From contig CAVUMN010000004.1 of assembly GCA_963742735.1 (NCBI GenBank), forward strand, positions 544,001-608,000: a DNA stretch of 64,000 nt, given 5' to 3'. The notes beneath the pieces were generated by a model, which saw only the letters and a list, made by a program, of their open reading frames with translations, did no database searches and was not told the DNA's origin. The translations under genes were made by a program, and so were the position numbers. Source of the stretch: an uncultured Actinomycetes bacterium (GTDB lineage Bacteria; Actinomycetota; UBA4738; JBBDTT01). Below, piece after piece: positions 25,379-35,276 of the stretch (position 1 is its first letter; every line of letters starts with the position of its first letter).

Positions 25379-26728
25379 TCAACCCGCGGCGGCCAGGGCG
25401 TGGAGCGGCCACTCGTCGGGGACGCCCTTCAGCGTGTGGGTCCCGCGGTCCTCGAAGGCGAGGCCGGAACCGGCCACGAGCCCCTTCACCATCGAGCTGA
25501 CCAGGATCTCCCCGGGCTGGGCGAGCCCCATCACCCGGGCGGCGATGTGGATCGCCATCCCGCCGACGTCCTCGCCGCGCAGCTCCACCTCGCCGGAGTG
25601 GAGGCCACTCCTGATGCGCAGCCCGGCGACGTTGAGCTGGTCCCCCAGGCTCGCGGCCGCGCGCACCGCCCGGGCGGGGCCGTCGAACGTGGCGAGGATG
25701 CCGTCGCCGGTCGACTTCACCAGCCGGCCGCCGAACTGCGTCACGGCGCGGCCGGCCATCTCGTCGTGGCGGTCGAGCAGCTCGCGCCAGCGACGGTCGC
25801 CCAGCTCCGCCGCCTGCTCGGTCGAGCCGACGATGTCGGTGAACAGCACGGTCGCCAGGACGCGATCGGGCTCGACCGGCCCGAGGCGGCCGGTGACGTG
25901 CTCCTCGATGGCCTCCAGGTACGCGGTCTGCTGACCGAGCCAGCCGAGCCCGCTCATGCCTTCGAGGGGAAGCAGCTTCGCGCCCGCGATGTGCTCGACC
26001 AGGTAGGAGGCGTGCTGTGGCGGGACCATAGGATCGCCGGGCACGTAGACCACCAGCGTCGGTGCCTGGATCAGTCCAAGCGCGTCGCGCGCGTCGATGC
26101 CGAGCACCACCGGATAGAGCTCCGTCGCCTGCCGAGGGGTCATGGCGGCGCGTTGGAGGCGCGCGAACCACTTGCGGAAGCCCGGGTCGGCCGAGCGATC
26201 CGCCGCGAAGAACTCGGTCATCATTCCGGCCTCGCGCCCCCAGTGCTCACCGATCCCCGCCGTGAACGCGTCCATCGCCTCCGGCGGCATGCCGTAGGGG
26301 TAGTCCGGAGCATGTGTGATGCGGGCGCAGGCGCAGGTGAGGACGAGCGACGAGACGCGCTGCGGGTGGGTCGCCGCGAACAGCATGGCCATGGCCCCCG
26401 CGTCGTTGGCGGCCATCAGCGACGGTCGCTCCATCCCCGCCGCCGTGATCACTGCGTTCAGGTCGTCCATCCAGTGTTCCCAGGACGGGTCGGTTTCGCC
26501 GCCGGCGAGATGTCCGGATGCCCCCATGCCCCGGCGATCGAAGATCACCACGCGGCTGAACGAGCCCAGGCGGCGAAGGATCCGTTCGAAGTCGGGCTGC
26601 TCCCAGAGGTGGTCGATGTGGCTGACCGCCAAGCCGAGGGAAACGACGAGGTCGGGACCCTCCCCGAAGACCTGATAGGCGACCTCGGAATCGCCCACGC
26701 TCGCGTACTGCGTTTCGGGGATATCCAT
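25379..26728 (-). CDS. Alpha/beta-hydrolase + class III adenylate cyclase fusion (LipJ-like)
   Basis: FDRRGMGAS hydrolase fold; cyclase LFTDIVGST, VKSTGDG, GLHSGE, AIHIAARV, LKGVPDEW. Confidence 0.93.
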   Translation of the reverse strand: MDIPETQYASVGDSEVAYQVFGEGPDLVVSLGLAVSHIDHLWEQPDFERILRRLGSFSRVVIFDRRGMGASGHLAGGETDPSWEHWMDDLNAVITAAGMERPSLMAANDAGAMAMLFAATHPQRVSSLVLTCACARITHAPDYPYGMPPEAMDAFTAGIGEHWGREAGMMTEFFAADRSADPGFRKWFARLQRAAMTPRQATELYPVVLGIDARDALGLIQAPTLVVYVPGDPMVPPQHASYLVEHIAGAKLLPLEGMSGLGWLGQQTAYLEAIEEHVTGRLGPVEPDRVLATVLFTDIVGSTEQAAELGDRRWRELLDRHDEMAGRAVTQFGGRLVKSTGDGILATFDGPARAVRAAASLGDQLNVAGLRIRSGLHSGEVELRGEDVGGMAIHIAARVMGLAQPGEILVSSMVKGLVAGSGLAFEDRGTHTLKGVPDEWPLHALAAAG

Positions 26729-26768
26729 CAGTTGGAGCGTAGTCCCGCCAAGGGACTGGGGTCGCCGC

Positions 26769-27428
26769 CTAGTCGGGAGGCCGGACCAGGCTCGCCTTGC
26801 GGAGCAGGTTCCACGCGACGACCAGCGCCACCACCGCCGCGCCGACCCAGAGCTGGCGCGTGTGAACGGGGGATGCGGCGGTCTCCATGTGCGGAGAGCG
26901 GGCCGCGGCCAGCCCCCAGAGTCCCAGCGCGGCGGCGGCCAGCGACGCGACGACGAACGCGGTCGGGGTGCGTCGTCCCGAGAGCCCCTGGAATGCGCCG
27001 GGCCCGGAGAGTCGCACCGCCAGGACGACGATGGCGATCTCGAACGCGACGGTCACGCCGTCGACGAACCCGGCCGGCTCGGCCATCCACGGCTCGGGCC
27101 CGACGGGCACGCCCGTCGTTCGGGTCACGAACCACAACAGGACGAAGGCGGCGTTGGCCACAGCCCCGACGATCAGGAAGCGCCGGGTGATCGAGCGCAT
27201 CGCCCCGATCGCCCATCCGATCTGGAACGCGGCCGAGACCGCGAAGAACACGCCGAACAGCCAGTGCTCGCGGGCGTGCTCGGGCATCGCCGCACCGTGG
27301 ATGCCGCCCGCCGCCGCCGAGAGGCCGCCAAGAACCAGGCCCGCGAAGACGCCGAGGTCCATCCCGACGGTGCGCGGGACCGCGCGCGCGGAGGAGTGTG
27401 CGGTGAGGGTCTTCGTCGATGTCGCCAA
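26769..27428 (-). CDS. Hypothetical multi-TM membrane protein
   Basis: AGGIHGAAMPEHAREHWLFGVFF...WFVTRTTGVPVGP; TTG with GAGGA RBS downstream of an ECF-type promoter. Start uncertain. Confidence 0.8.
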   Translation of the reverse strand: MATSTKTLTAHSSARAVPRTVGMDLGVFAGLVLGGLSAAAGGIHGAAMPEHAREHWLFGVFFAVSAAFQIGWAIGAMRSITRRFLIVGAVANAAFVLLWFVTRTTGVPVGPEPWMAEPAGFVDGVTVAFEIAIVVLAVRLSGPGAFQGLSGRRTPTAFVVASLAAAALGLWGLAAARSPHMETAASPVHTRQLWVGAAVVALVVAWNLLRKASLVRPPD

Positions 27429-27457
27429 GGGTTCCTCGCCAAGAGGGTTCGACGCCA

Positions 27458-27483
27458 TTCGCGCCGCACCTTTCTCCGGATGA
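27458..27483 (-). promoter_or_regulatory. ECF (SigK-like) promoter TCATCC-N16-CGAA
   Basis: -35 at 27483-27478 and -10 at 27461-27458 on the minus strand. Confidence 0.65.
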
Positions 27484-27525
27484 TCTTCCCCCGGAGGGAC
27501 GGCGGGACTAACGTTGCGTCAAGGG

Positions 27526-27551
27526 TCATCCGCCGATCGCCGGGGTGCGAA
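27526..27551 (+). promoter_or_regulatory. ECF (SigK-like) promoter TCATCC-N16-CGAA
   Basis: -35 at 27526-27531 and -10 at 27548-27551; same motif and spacing as the divergent copy. Confidence 0.65.
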
Positions 27552-27585
27552 CGGCGGGATGAGAGTTCCGGCGGAAGGGGGAAAC

Positions 27586-28011
27586 GTGCAGACAACGAGC
27601 ATCCAGAAGGCCGCGCGCCTGTTCGGCGTGGTCTTCCTCCTGGTCGGCGTGACGGGGCTGATCCCGTGGGAGGACGGCTACTACGACAAGCTGTTCGACT
27701 TCTCCGGTGAGGGCGCCAATCAGCTCGGCTTCCTCGGGGTCAACATCCTCGAGGTGGCCGTCCACTTCCTGTACGGGTTCGCGGGGTTCATGCTCGCGAA
27801 GTCCTTCTCCGGCGCCCGCACCTACTTCCTTGGTGGCGGCGCGATCTACCTGGTGGTGTGGCTGTACGGCCTGCTGATCGACACGACCAGCAGCGCCAAC
27901 CTGATCGGCGTCAACGACGCCGCAAACTGGGTGCACTTCACCCTGGCCGTCGTGATGATCGGCGTCGGCCTGACCCTGGGAAGGGCAGCCGAACCGGCAA
28001 CACCCGCGTAG
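27586..28011 (+). CDS. DUF4383-like membrane protein
   Basis: AARLFGVVFLLVGVTGLIP, LGFLGVNILEVAVHFLYG, GGGAIYLVVWLYG, VNDAANWVHF; [10 protein letters not shown]. Confidence 0.85.
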   Translation: MQTTSIQKAARLFGVVFLLVGVTGLIPWEDGYYDKLFDFSGEGANQLGFLGVNILEVAVHFLYGFAGFMLAKSFSGARTYFLGGGAIYLVVWLYGLLIDTTSSANLIGVNDAANWVHFTLAVVMIGVGLTLGRAAEPATPA

Positions 28012-28082
28012 GCTTCAAGAGGACTGGCGATCCGGCCCCGAACCATCCGGTCCGGGGTCGCTTCGCGTTTCGGGAGGCTGGC

Positions 28083-28616
28083 GTGGACCATCCGGTTCGG
28101 TACACGTTCGAGACGTTCTGGCGCGTGCGCGAGAATCCCGGCGCGGTTTGGGACGTGCTCTACGACGTGCCGTCCTATCCCCACTGGTGGCCGCAGGTCC
28201 GCGAGGTGGGGGAGCTCTCGGGCGAGACGGAGAGCTACGACGTGCTCGTTCGGTCGGCGCTGCCGTACAACCTCCAGTTCAGGCTCAGCCAGAACGTGGC
28301 CGATCGTTCGACGGGGATCCTCGAGGCGGGGCTCGACGGCGATCTGGCCGGATTCTCTCGATGGACGATCCGCCCGGCGCGCGCCGGGGCGATCCTTCGG
28401 TTCGAGGAGGAGGTCGTCACCACCAAGCCCCTGTTCAACGTCGTGGCCCCCGTGGCCCGGCCGCTGTTCGTGGCCAATCACTGGTGGATGATGCGGTCCG
28501 GCGAGATCGGCCTGCAGACCTTCATGTCCGGCTACCGCTTCGGCCAGCAGGGGCCGCTGGGCAAGCACCAGCAGGTCGCGCGGGCTCGGGCGAAGCGGGC
28601 TCAGCGGGCTCGCTGA
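28083..28616 (+). CDS. SRPBCC / polyketide cyclase-like protein
   Basis: YTFETFWRV...VWDVLYDVPSYPHWWP, RSALPYNL, ANHWWMMRSGE. Confidence 0.85.
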   Translation: MDHPVRYTFETFWRVRENPGAVWDVLYDVPSYPHWWPQVREVGELSGETESYDVLVRSALPYNLQFRLSQNVADRSTGILEAGLDGDLAGFSRWTIRPARAGAILRFEEEVVTTKPLFNVVAPVARPLFVANHWWMMRSGEIGLQTFMSGYRFGQQGPLGKHQQVARARAKRAQRAR

Positions 28617-29023
28617 GCCCTTCGCTCCAGCACCCACCCCACGACCGCTCCGTATGCCGCGTGGTCCGCGTACTGCGGCCATTGCGGCAGTGCGGCGATC
28701 TGGGGGAACCGCCTCCGCGCGACGATTCCCAGGTCCAGGGCGCCGATGCCCAGGCCCGCAACCGCGCCCCACAGCACCGCCCGCCGGCGGGGGAGCATGA
28801 ACGACAGCGCCACGCCCCACCCCAACGACACGACCCCGTGGACGAACGGGGACGCGAGCACCTGCGCCGTCCCCGAGGCGTTCGGCAGGGCGATACTCCC
28901 CGCCGCACGGACCGTGTCGAAGACGTTGCGGCGAGTGACCAGCGCGTGCACCGTCGAGGGGATCCCCGACCACACCGCGGCCACCGTCCCGGCGGCGAGT
29001 CCGTCGCGGATCCGTGGATTCAT
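28601..29023 (-). CDS. Hypothetical membrane protein
   Basis: SGIPSTVHAL, VHGVVSLGWG, FPQIAALPQWPQYADHAAYG; ATGA overlap. Confidence 0.8.
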   Translation of the reverse strand: MNPRIRDGLAAGTVAAVWSGIPSTVHALVTRRNVFDTVRAAGSIALPNASGTAQVLASPFVHGVVSLGWGVALSFMLPRRRAVLWGAVAGLGIGALDLGIVARRRFPQIAALPQWPQYADHAAYGAVVGWVLERRAQRAR

Positions 29024-29421
29024 TCCGGGTCGAGGTCCACGCGGACCGTCACCAGATCCGTTCCGACCCGGCGCACCATCCACGAGTTGATGCCCTTCAG
29101 CCCGACGGCCTTCTGGCGCGCGAGCGGATCGTCGTCCCACAGCACGTGTGCCGTGCCCGTGCGCCAGCGGCGGTGGGTCCGGATCCGGACCCGCGGGTTG
29201 GCCTCGATGTTGCGGATGTAGCCGGCCTTCCGGCCGTGCTCGGCGATGATCCAGAACGTGTCGCCCCGCAGTCCGTCGGTCACCGGGTTCTGCCGGGGCT
29301 CCCCGCTCTTTCGGCCGATCGTCTCCAGGAGCGCCACCCCGAACGCCCGCCCGGCGAACGGCTTCGCGATCGGGTTCACGATGTGCTTCTGGAATCCCCG
29401 GATGAACGCGCCCTTGGCCAT
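29020..29421 (-). CDS. Deazaflavin (F420)-dependent nitroreductase family (Ddn-like)
   Basis: LLETIGRKSGEPRQNPV, YIRNIEANPRVRIR. Confidence 0.9.
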   Translation of the reverse strand: MAKGAFIRGFQKHIVNPIAKPFAGRAFGVALLETIGRKSGEPRQNPVTDGLRGDTFWIIAEHGRKAGYIRNIEANPRVRIRTHRRWRTGTAHVLWDDDPLARQKAVGLKGINSWMVRRVGTDLVTVRVDLDPE

Positions 29422-29503
29422 TCCCCGAGTCTGCCACGCGTACCGACCTTCGTTCGCGGGAAGCCCTACCCTGTAGGGGTCATTCCCGAGCCGGGAGGGG
29501 CGG

Positions 29504-32182
29504 ATGTTCGACGCGTTCAGGGACCAGCTTCCGGACATCGATCCGGAGGAGACAGACGAGTGGATCGCCGCACTCGACGAGTTGATCGACACCTCGCCGG
29601 CCCGCGCCCGCTTCCTGGTCCGCCGCATCCTGCAGCACGCGTGGTCGCGCCAGATCGGCGTGCCGTCCATGGTCTCCACCCACTACATCAACACCATCGC
29701 CCCCGAGCAGGAGCCGTACTTCCCCGGCGACGAGGAGATGGAGCGGCGCATCCGTCGCCTCATCCGGTGGAACGCGGCGGTCATGGTCTCCCGCGCGAAC
29801 AAGCACCACGAGGGGATCGGCGGCCACATCTCGACCTACGCCTCCAGCGCGTCGCTGTACGAGGTCGGGTTCAACCACTTCTTCCGCGGCAACTCCTTCG
29901 CCCCCGAGGGCGGCGACCAGGTGTTCATCCAGGGCCACGGCGCGCCCGGGATCTACGCTCGCGCATTCCTGGAGGGCCGCCTGAGCGAGCAGCAGCTGGA
30001 GTACTTCCGCCGTGAGGCGTTCGAGGGCCTCGGCCTGCCCTCCTACCCCCACCCCCGCCTGCAGCCCGACTTCTGGGAGTTCCCGACCGTCTCTATGGGC
30101 CTCTCGCCGCTCAACGCCGTCTACCAGGCCCGCTTCAACCGCTACCTGCAGCACCGGGGGATCAAGGACACCAGCGCGCAGCGGGTGTGGGCGTTCCTCG
30201 GCGACGGCGAGATGGACGAGCCTGAGTCCACGGCGGCGCTGTCGCTCGGCGCGCGCGAGAAGCTCGACAACCTGATCTTCGTCGTGAACTGCAACCTGCA
30301 GCGACTGGACGGCCCGGTCCGCGGCAACGGCAAGGTCATCCAGGAGCTCGAGTCGATCTTCCGAGGCGCCGGGTGGCACGTGATCAAGGTCATCTGGGGC
30401 CGGGAGTGGGACGGACTGCTCGCCAAGGACACCGACGGCGTCCTGGTCAACAAGATGGACACCACCCTCGACGGCGAGTTCCAGAAGTACGTGGTCGAAG
30501 ACGGCGCCTACATCCGGGAGCACTTCTTCGGACCGGACCCCCGGCTGCGGGAGCTCGTCGGCGATCTCACCGACCAGCAGATCTGGGCGCTGCGCCGCGG
30601 CGGCCACGACTACCGCAAGATCTACGCGGCCTACGCCACGGCGATCGAGCTCAAGGACGCGCCGGTGGCGATCCTCGCGAAGACGGTCAAGGGGTGGGGC
30701 CTCGAGTCGATGGCCGGGCGCAACGTCACCCACCAGACCAAGAAGCTCTCCGAGGAAGAGCTCAAGAAGTTCCGCGACTCCCTGGAGCTGCCGATCAAGG
30801 ACGAGGAGATCAGCGAGGGCGTCGCCCCCTACTACCACCCGGGGAAGGACTCGAAGGAGGTCCAGTACATGCTGGCCCGCCGGCACGCCCTGGGCGGGTT
30901 CGTCCCCGAGCGGAACTTCAACTGGCGGGGCGTCGACCTCCCCAAGCCCGACGTCTTCGACCAGTTCGCCGCCGGTTCGAAGCAGGCGGTGTCCACGACG
31001 ATGGCGTTCGTCCGCCTGCTGCGCGACCTGCTTCGCGACGAGAAGCTCGGCAAGCGGATCGTGCCGATCATCCCCGACGAGGGCCGGACCTTCGGCATGG
31101 AGTCGCTGTTCCCGCAGTTCAAGATCTACTCGTCGCTCGGCCAGCTCTACGAGCCGGTCGACGCCGCGCACCTCCTGGCGTACGTAGAGGCGAAGGACGG
31201 GCAGATCCTCGAGGAAGGGATCACCGAGGCCGGCTCCATGGCGAGCTTCACCGCCGCCGGGACCTCCTACGCCACGCACGGCGAGGCGATGATCCCGTTC
31301 TTCATCTTCTACTCGATGTTCGGGTTCCAGCGGATCGCCGACGAGATCTGGTCGTTCGCCGACCAGCGCGGCCGGGGCTTCCTGCTGGGGGCCACCCACG
31401 GCCGGACCACTCTGAACGGCGAGGGCCTCCAGCACGAGGACGGCCACTCGCTGCTGATCGCGTCCACGAACCCCGCGGTGCTGGCCTACGACCCGGCGTT
31501 CGCGTTCGAGGTGGCGACGATCGTCCGCGACGGCATCCGCCGCATGTACGTCGAGGGCGAGGACCTCTTCTACTACGTCACCCTGTACAACGAGAACTAC
31601 CCGCAGCCCGAGATGCCCAAGGGCGTCGAGGAGGACCTGCTGAAGGGGCTGTACCGCTTCAAGCAGGGGCCGAACGGCAAGAAGATGCACCGCGCCCAGA
31701 TCCTGGGGAGCGGGACGATGCTGCCCCAGGCCCTCGCCGCGCAGGACCTGCTGGCCGAGCACCACGACGTCTCGGCCGACGTGTGGAGCGCGACCTCGTT
31801 CCAGCTGCTGCGGACCGACGCGCTCGAGGTCGAGCGGTGGAACCGCCTGCACCCGGGCGAGCCGGCCCGTCAGCCGTTCGTCACCAAGCTGCTCGAGACC
31901 GCCGAGGGCCCGGTCGTCGCGGTCACCGACTCCATGCGCTCGGTCCCGGACCAGGTGTCGCGGTGGGTCCCCGGGCCGTACGTGTCGCTCGGGACCGACG
32001 GGTTCGGCCGGTCCGACACCCGCCCGGCCCTGCGGCGGTTCTTCGAGGTGGACGCGGAGCACACAGTGGTCGCGGTCCTCTCCGCACTGTCCTCGATCGG
32101 CGAGGTCAAGCCCGAGGCCGTGGCCGAGGCGATCAAGACCTACGACATCGATCCCGAGCGCGTGGCACCATTCCGATCGTGA
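29504..32182 (+). CDS. aceE: Pyruvate dehydrogenase E1, homodimeric type
   Basis: [30 protein letters not shown] motif [10 protein letters not shown]...[21 protein letters not shown]. Confidence 0.97.
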   Translation: MFDAFRDQLPDIDPEETDEWIAALDELIDTSPARARFLVRRILQHAWSRQIGVPSMVSTHYINTIAPEQEPYFPGDEEMERRIRRLIRWNAAVMVSRANKHHEGIGGHISTYASSASLYEVGFNHFFRGNSFAPEGGDQVFIQGHGAPGIYARAFLEGRLSEQQLEYFRREAFEGLGLPSYPHPRLQPDFWEFPTVSMGLSPLNAVYQARFNRYLQHRGIKDTSAQRVWAFLGDGEMDEPESTAALSLGAREKLDNLIFVVNCNLQRLDGPVRGNGKVIQELESIFRGAGWHVIKVIWGREWDGLLAKDTDGVLVNKMDTTLDGEFQKYVVEDGAYIREHFFGPDPRLRELVGDLTDQQIWALRRGGHDYRKIYAAYATAIELKDAPVAILAKTVKGWGLESMAGRNVTHQTKKLSEEELKKFRDSLELPIKDEEISEGVAPYYHPGKDSKEVQYMLARRHALGGFVPERNFNWRGVDLPKPDVFDQFAAGSKQAVSTTMAFVRLLRDLLRDEKLGKRIVPIIPDEGRTFGMESLFPQFKIYSSLGQLYEPVDAAHLLAYVEAKDGQILEEGITEAGSMASFTAAGTSYATHGEAMIPFFIFYSMFGFQRIADEIWSFADQRGRGFLLGATHGRTTLNGEGLQHEDGHSLLIASTNPAVLAYDPAFAFEVATIVRDGIRRMYVEGEDLFYYVTLYNENYPQPEMPKGVEEDLLKGLYRFKQGPNGKKMHRAQILGSGTMLPQALAAQDLLAEHHDVSADVWSATSFQLLRTDALEVERWNRLHPGEPARQPFVTKLLETAEGPVVAVTDSMRSVPDQVSRWVPGPYVSLGTDGFGRSDTRPALRRFFEVDAEHTVVAVLSALSSIGEVKPEAVAEAIKTYDIDPERVAPFRS

Positions 32183-32655
32183 TCGCGAAGGCTCGCGTCC
32201 TGCTGCTGATCGTCGCGCTGTTCGCCATGGCCGCGTGCGGGGGCGGCGGCGGGACGCCCACCGGGTCGAGCCCCGAGGGCGACACCGTCACGCAGGATCC
32301 CGCGAACGCCGAGGTGGACGCGGCCGCCGAGGCCCTGCTGAAGAACGCCCTGCGCGCGGCGAACGTGTACAACGGCGATAACGGCGACAGCTACGAGGGC
32401 TTCGACGCCGCGGCCGGGGCGAAGGCGGACGAGGCCATCACCTGGGTGGACGGCACCGATCCGGAGGTGAGCCAGGTGTCCATTACCGACGTGACCAAGA
32501 CGAACGTTCACCTGGTCACGCGCTCGGAGAGCGGGCTGTACTTCTGCCTGCGCAACCTCCTGCAGTTCGGACGCGGGGAGTACCTGACCGGCTTCGGGGC
32601 GGCGTTCGCCGACGTGGACGAGCAGCCCGAGTGTCTGGGGGAGGGCGGGAACTGA
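32179..32655 (+). CDS. Lipoprotein with a pilin-head-like domain
   Basis: Lipobox FAMAAC after an h-region; GTGA overlap with aceE. Confidence 0.8.
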   Translation: MIAKARVLLLIVALFAMAACGGGGGTPTGSSPEGDTVTQDPANAEVDAAAEALLKNALRAANVYNGDNGDSYEGFDAAAGAKADEAITWVDGTDPEVSQVSITDVTKTNVHLVTRSESGLYFCLRNLLQFGRGEYLTGFGAAFADVDEQPECLGEGGN

Positions 32656-32659
32656 CCCC

Positions 32660-33418
32660 TTAGGGGGTGTGAACCGGCTCGCCCCCGAGCGGCTTGATCT
32701 CGACCTTCCCCCCGGCCTCCTCGACCAGGGACTGCGTGTACTTCTTCGTCATGACCCAGGTGGCCACCGCGAGCACGACGTTCATGCCAAGGACCACGGC
32801 GACCTCCCACGGCTTGTTCACGTGCTCGGCGAGGCTCTCCGGCGGGACCTTGGCGTAGATGACCTGCTCGTTGTCGATGACCAGGAAGGTCAGCACGTAC
32901 AGCGTGGCGATGACGCCCCAGTTCAGGATGGGCGCCCACGGGCGGGCGGCCTTCTTCTCGGGTGTGTTGTAGAGCTTCTGGAGCGCCCGGCGCGGCCCCA
33001 CGTCGAGGAACCGGTAGGCGACGATCCACCAGAGCAGCAGGTAGTAGTTGAACCAGACGAAGGCCGCGGCCGCGACGGCGATGTGCAGCGAGACCTCGAA
33101 CAGGTTGCGGAACACGACCCAGCCGCCGATCAGCTTGCCGAACGACTGGGGGTTGCGGTTGAGGAACGCGGCGATCGGCAGCGACGACGAAAGGATCGCC
33201 ACCCGCCCGCCCCAGTACCAGAGCGTGCTCTTGTTCGCGACGGACCACGGCCCGATCACGAACAGGTCCGCCGACACCACGATCATGTGCAGGGTGAAGA
33301 GCCGGACGGCGCCGCGGTTGGAGTAGAGCGGGTTGAGCAGGCTCGCCGGAGTGCGATAGGCCTGCCAGATGAGCCGCACGCCCACGCCGAACCCCCAGGC
33401 CAGCAGGGCCGTGTACAC
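32660..33418 (-). CDS. Hypothetical multi-TM membrane protein (start possibly ATC at 33439)
   Basis: About 7 hydrophobic segments; typical codon usage. Confidence 0.8.
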   Translation of the reverse strand: MYTALLAWGFGVGVRLIWQAYRTPASLLNPLYSNRGAVRLFTLHMIVVSADLFVIGPWSVANKSTLWYWGGRVAILSSSLPIAAFLNRNPQSFGKLIGGWVVFRNLFEVSLHIAVAAAAFVWFNYYLLLWWIVAYRFLDVGPRRALQKLYNTPEKKAARPWAPILNWGVIATLYVLTFLVIDNEQVIYAKVPPESLAEHVNKPWEVAVVLGMNVVLAVATWVMTKKYTQSLVEEAGGKVEIKPLGGEPVHTP

Positions 33419-33518
33419 AATGGTGATCAGGACGTCGATGGCGCCGCGAGCCTACCGCGATGGCGGTCGGACCGAAACGCCTTGACGGCGTCCGGACGCG
33501 GGGCTAGCGTCGCTCGCC

Positions 33519-34049
33519 GTGACCCTCGACGAGGCGCTTCGCGACCGGCGCATGGAGATCTGCCGCGGCCACATGACGGCCGAGAACGCCCACAACTTCG
33601 ACGACGCCATCGGGTTCTTCGCGCGTCCGCGCTACGAGGTCGTCGCCACCGGTGAGACCTACGAGGGCGCCTCGGGCGTCGAGCTGTTCCTGAACGAGAA
33701 CCTCAGCGCCTTCCCGGACTTCCACTACGACGTCGAACAGATGCATCACGCCGAGGACGCCATCGTGACCGAGGGCGTGTTCCGGGGCACCCACGAGGGC
33801 ACCTGGCGAGGCCTCCCCGCAACCGGGCGCAAGGTCGAGTTCCCGATGCTCCTCGTCTTCGCGTTCGAAGGGGAGGCGATGATGGGCGAGCGCGTCTTCT
33901 TCGACCTTCACACGGTCCTGCGCGAGCTGGGGATCGCCCGCGACCCCAACACCACCGGCGGAAAGATCGAGTCGATGCTGTTGCACCCGGTGACGATCGT
34001 GAAGGCGCTGTTCCGCAAGCTGAAGCGCCGGCCTGGGGCCAAGTCCTAG
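33519..34049 (+). CDS. SnoaL-like ester cyclase / NTF2 family
   Basis: HMTAENAH, SAFPDFHY, GTHEGTWRGLPATGRKVEFPM, ERVFFD. Confidence 0.9.
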   Translation: MTLDEALRDRRMEICRGHMTAENAHNFDDAIGFFARPRYEVVATGETYEGASGVELFLNENLSAFPDFHYDVEQMHHAEDAIVTEGVFRGTHEGTWRGLPATGRKVEFPMLLVFAFEGEAMMGERVFFDLHTVLRELGIARDPNTTGGKIESMLLHPVTIVKALFRKLKRRPGAKS

Positions 34050-35263
34050 CCCACGAACACCTGGACGAAGGCGGTCGCCTTCGCCCCCCTGTCGTCCACC
34101 ACCGTAAGGACCGCGGTGAACGTGCCGGGGCCGTCGTAGGTGTGCCCGATCGACGAGGGCGGTGCCCCCTTCCCCTGGGTGGAGGTCTTGTCGTCGAACG
34201 AGAGGTCCCAGGAGGCGATCGCGCCGTCTGGGTCCCCCGTCCCCTTCGTCGAGAAGGTGACGTCGAGCGGGACGTCGCCTTGCTCGGGGTCCGCCTTCAG
34301 CACGGCCACCGGCGGAGCGTTGGGCGGCGGCGGTTTGGAGACGGCAACCGTCACGGCGTCGTCCGCCGTCGTCCCCGTTTCGGAGGTCACGACCAGGCGG
34401 GCGGTGAACATGCCGGGCTCCGCGTAGGTGTGCTCGATGACGCCGGGCCGGCCGGCCGAGACCTCGGACGCTCCGTCGCCGAACTCGAGCTGGAACGAGG
34501 CGACCCGGCCCCCCGTCGCTCCGGACCCCGATCCGTCGAAGGCGACCTGGAGGGGAGCGTCGCCGGCCGCGGGCGAGGCGTGCAGCACGGCCCAGAGGGA
34601 CTCCCTCGGCGGCTTCTTGACGCCCGCCTTGGACGGCGTCACGGCTGGTTCGTCGACCGCGATTCCGCCGGCGGGCTCCGAGGGAACGTCGCCGCGCGGT
34701 CCCACCAGCATCAGGATCAGGACCGCGATCAGGGCTACCGTGCCGCCTCCCACCAGGCCTCCGACCAGTGCAGCGCGGCGGCAGGAGGCCCGGCTGGTGG
34801 AGGGCGCGTCCGGGGGTGCCCCCGAGCTCCAGTCCCACCCGGCGCACGACAGCTCCAGCTTCTGGACGGAGGACCCCGTCTCCGGTGCCCAGGGCCCGGC
34901 CTCGTAGCGAACGACCGTGGCGTCGAAGACGGTGTGCGCAGCGGTCCGAGCTCCGCCCTCGTCCAGCACCTCGATCTCCAGGTCGAGGGCCGTCGCCTGG
35001 TCTCCACTCCGCGCCCAGCGATCGAACGCCTCGTCCAGCACCGAGCCGGCCTCAAGGACCAGCGCGCGTCCCGACCCCTCCATCTTCTGTGGCGTGCCCG
35101 CCCGCACCCTGGACTCGACGCGGTCGCGCATGGTCGCTGCGGAGGCCTTGACCCGGTCCCAGGGGCTGAGCCCCTCGGCCTCGGCGAAGGAGGCCACAGC
35201 CCGTCCCTCCAGGAGGATGCGGAAGCGTCCGCCTGAGGAGCTCGGGGCGGATGGGGCGCTGAT
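34046..35263 (-). CDS. Phage tail-tube (gp19-like) domain + TM + two PKD domains
   Basis: N-terminal RFRILLEGRAVASFAEAEGL...LVLEAGSVLDEAFDRWA...LEIEVLDEGG...KLELSCAGWDW; TM; PKD motifs APLQVAFDGSGS...FGDG...HTYAEPG and VPLDVTFST...HTYDGPG. Start inferred at ATC; first canonical start is GTG 35197. Confidence 0.7.
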   Translation of the reverse strand: MSAPSAPSSSGGRFRILLEGRAVASFAEAEGLSPWDRVKASAATMRDRVESRVRAGTPQKMEGSGRALVLEAGSVLDEAFDRWARSGDQATALDLEIEVLDEGGARTAAHTVFDATVVRYEAGPWAPETGSSVQKLELSCAGWDWSSGAPPDAPSTSRASCRRAALVGGLVGGGTVALIAVLILMLVGPRGDVPSEPAGGIAVDEPAVTPSKAGVKKPPRESLWAVLHASPAAGDAPLQVAFDGSGSGATGGRVASFQLEFGDGASEVSAGRPGVIEHTYAEPGMFTARLVVTSETGTTADDAVTVAVSKPPPPNAPPVAVLKADPEQGDVPLDVTFSTKGTGDPDGAIASWDLSFDDKTSTQGKGAPPSSIGHTYDGPGTFTAVLTVVDDRGAKATAFVQVFVG

Positions 35264-35276
35264 CGGAGGTGCCTCC

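Noticed and set aside
34046-35263. Prophage or complete eCIS locus
   Set aside because: Only an isolated tube-like domain; no sheath, baseplate, capsid or integrase genes in the window.
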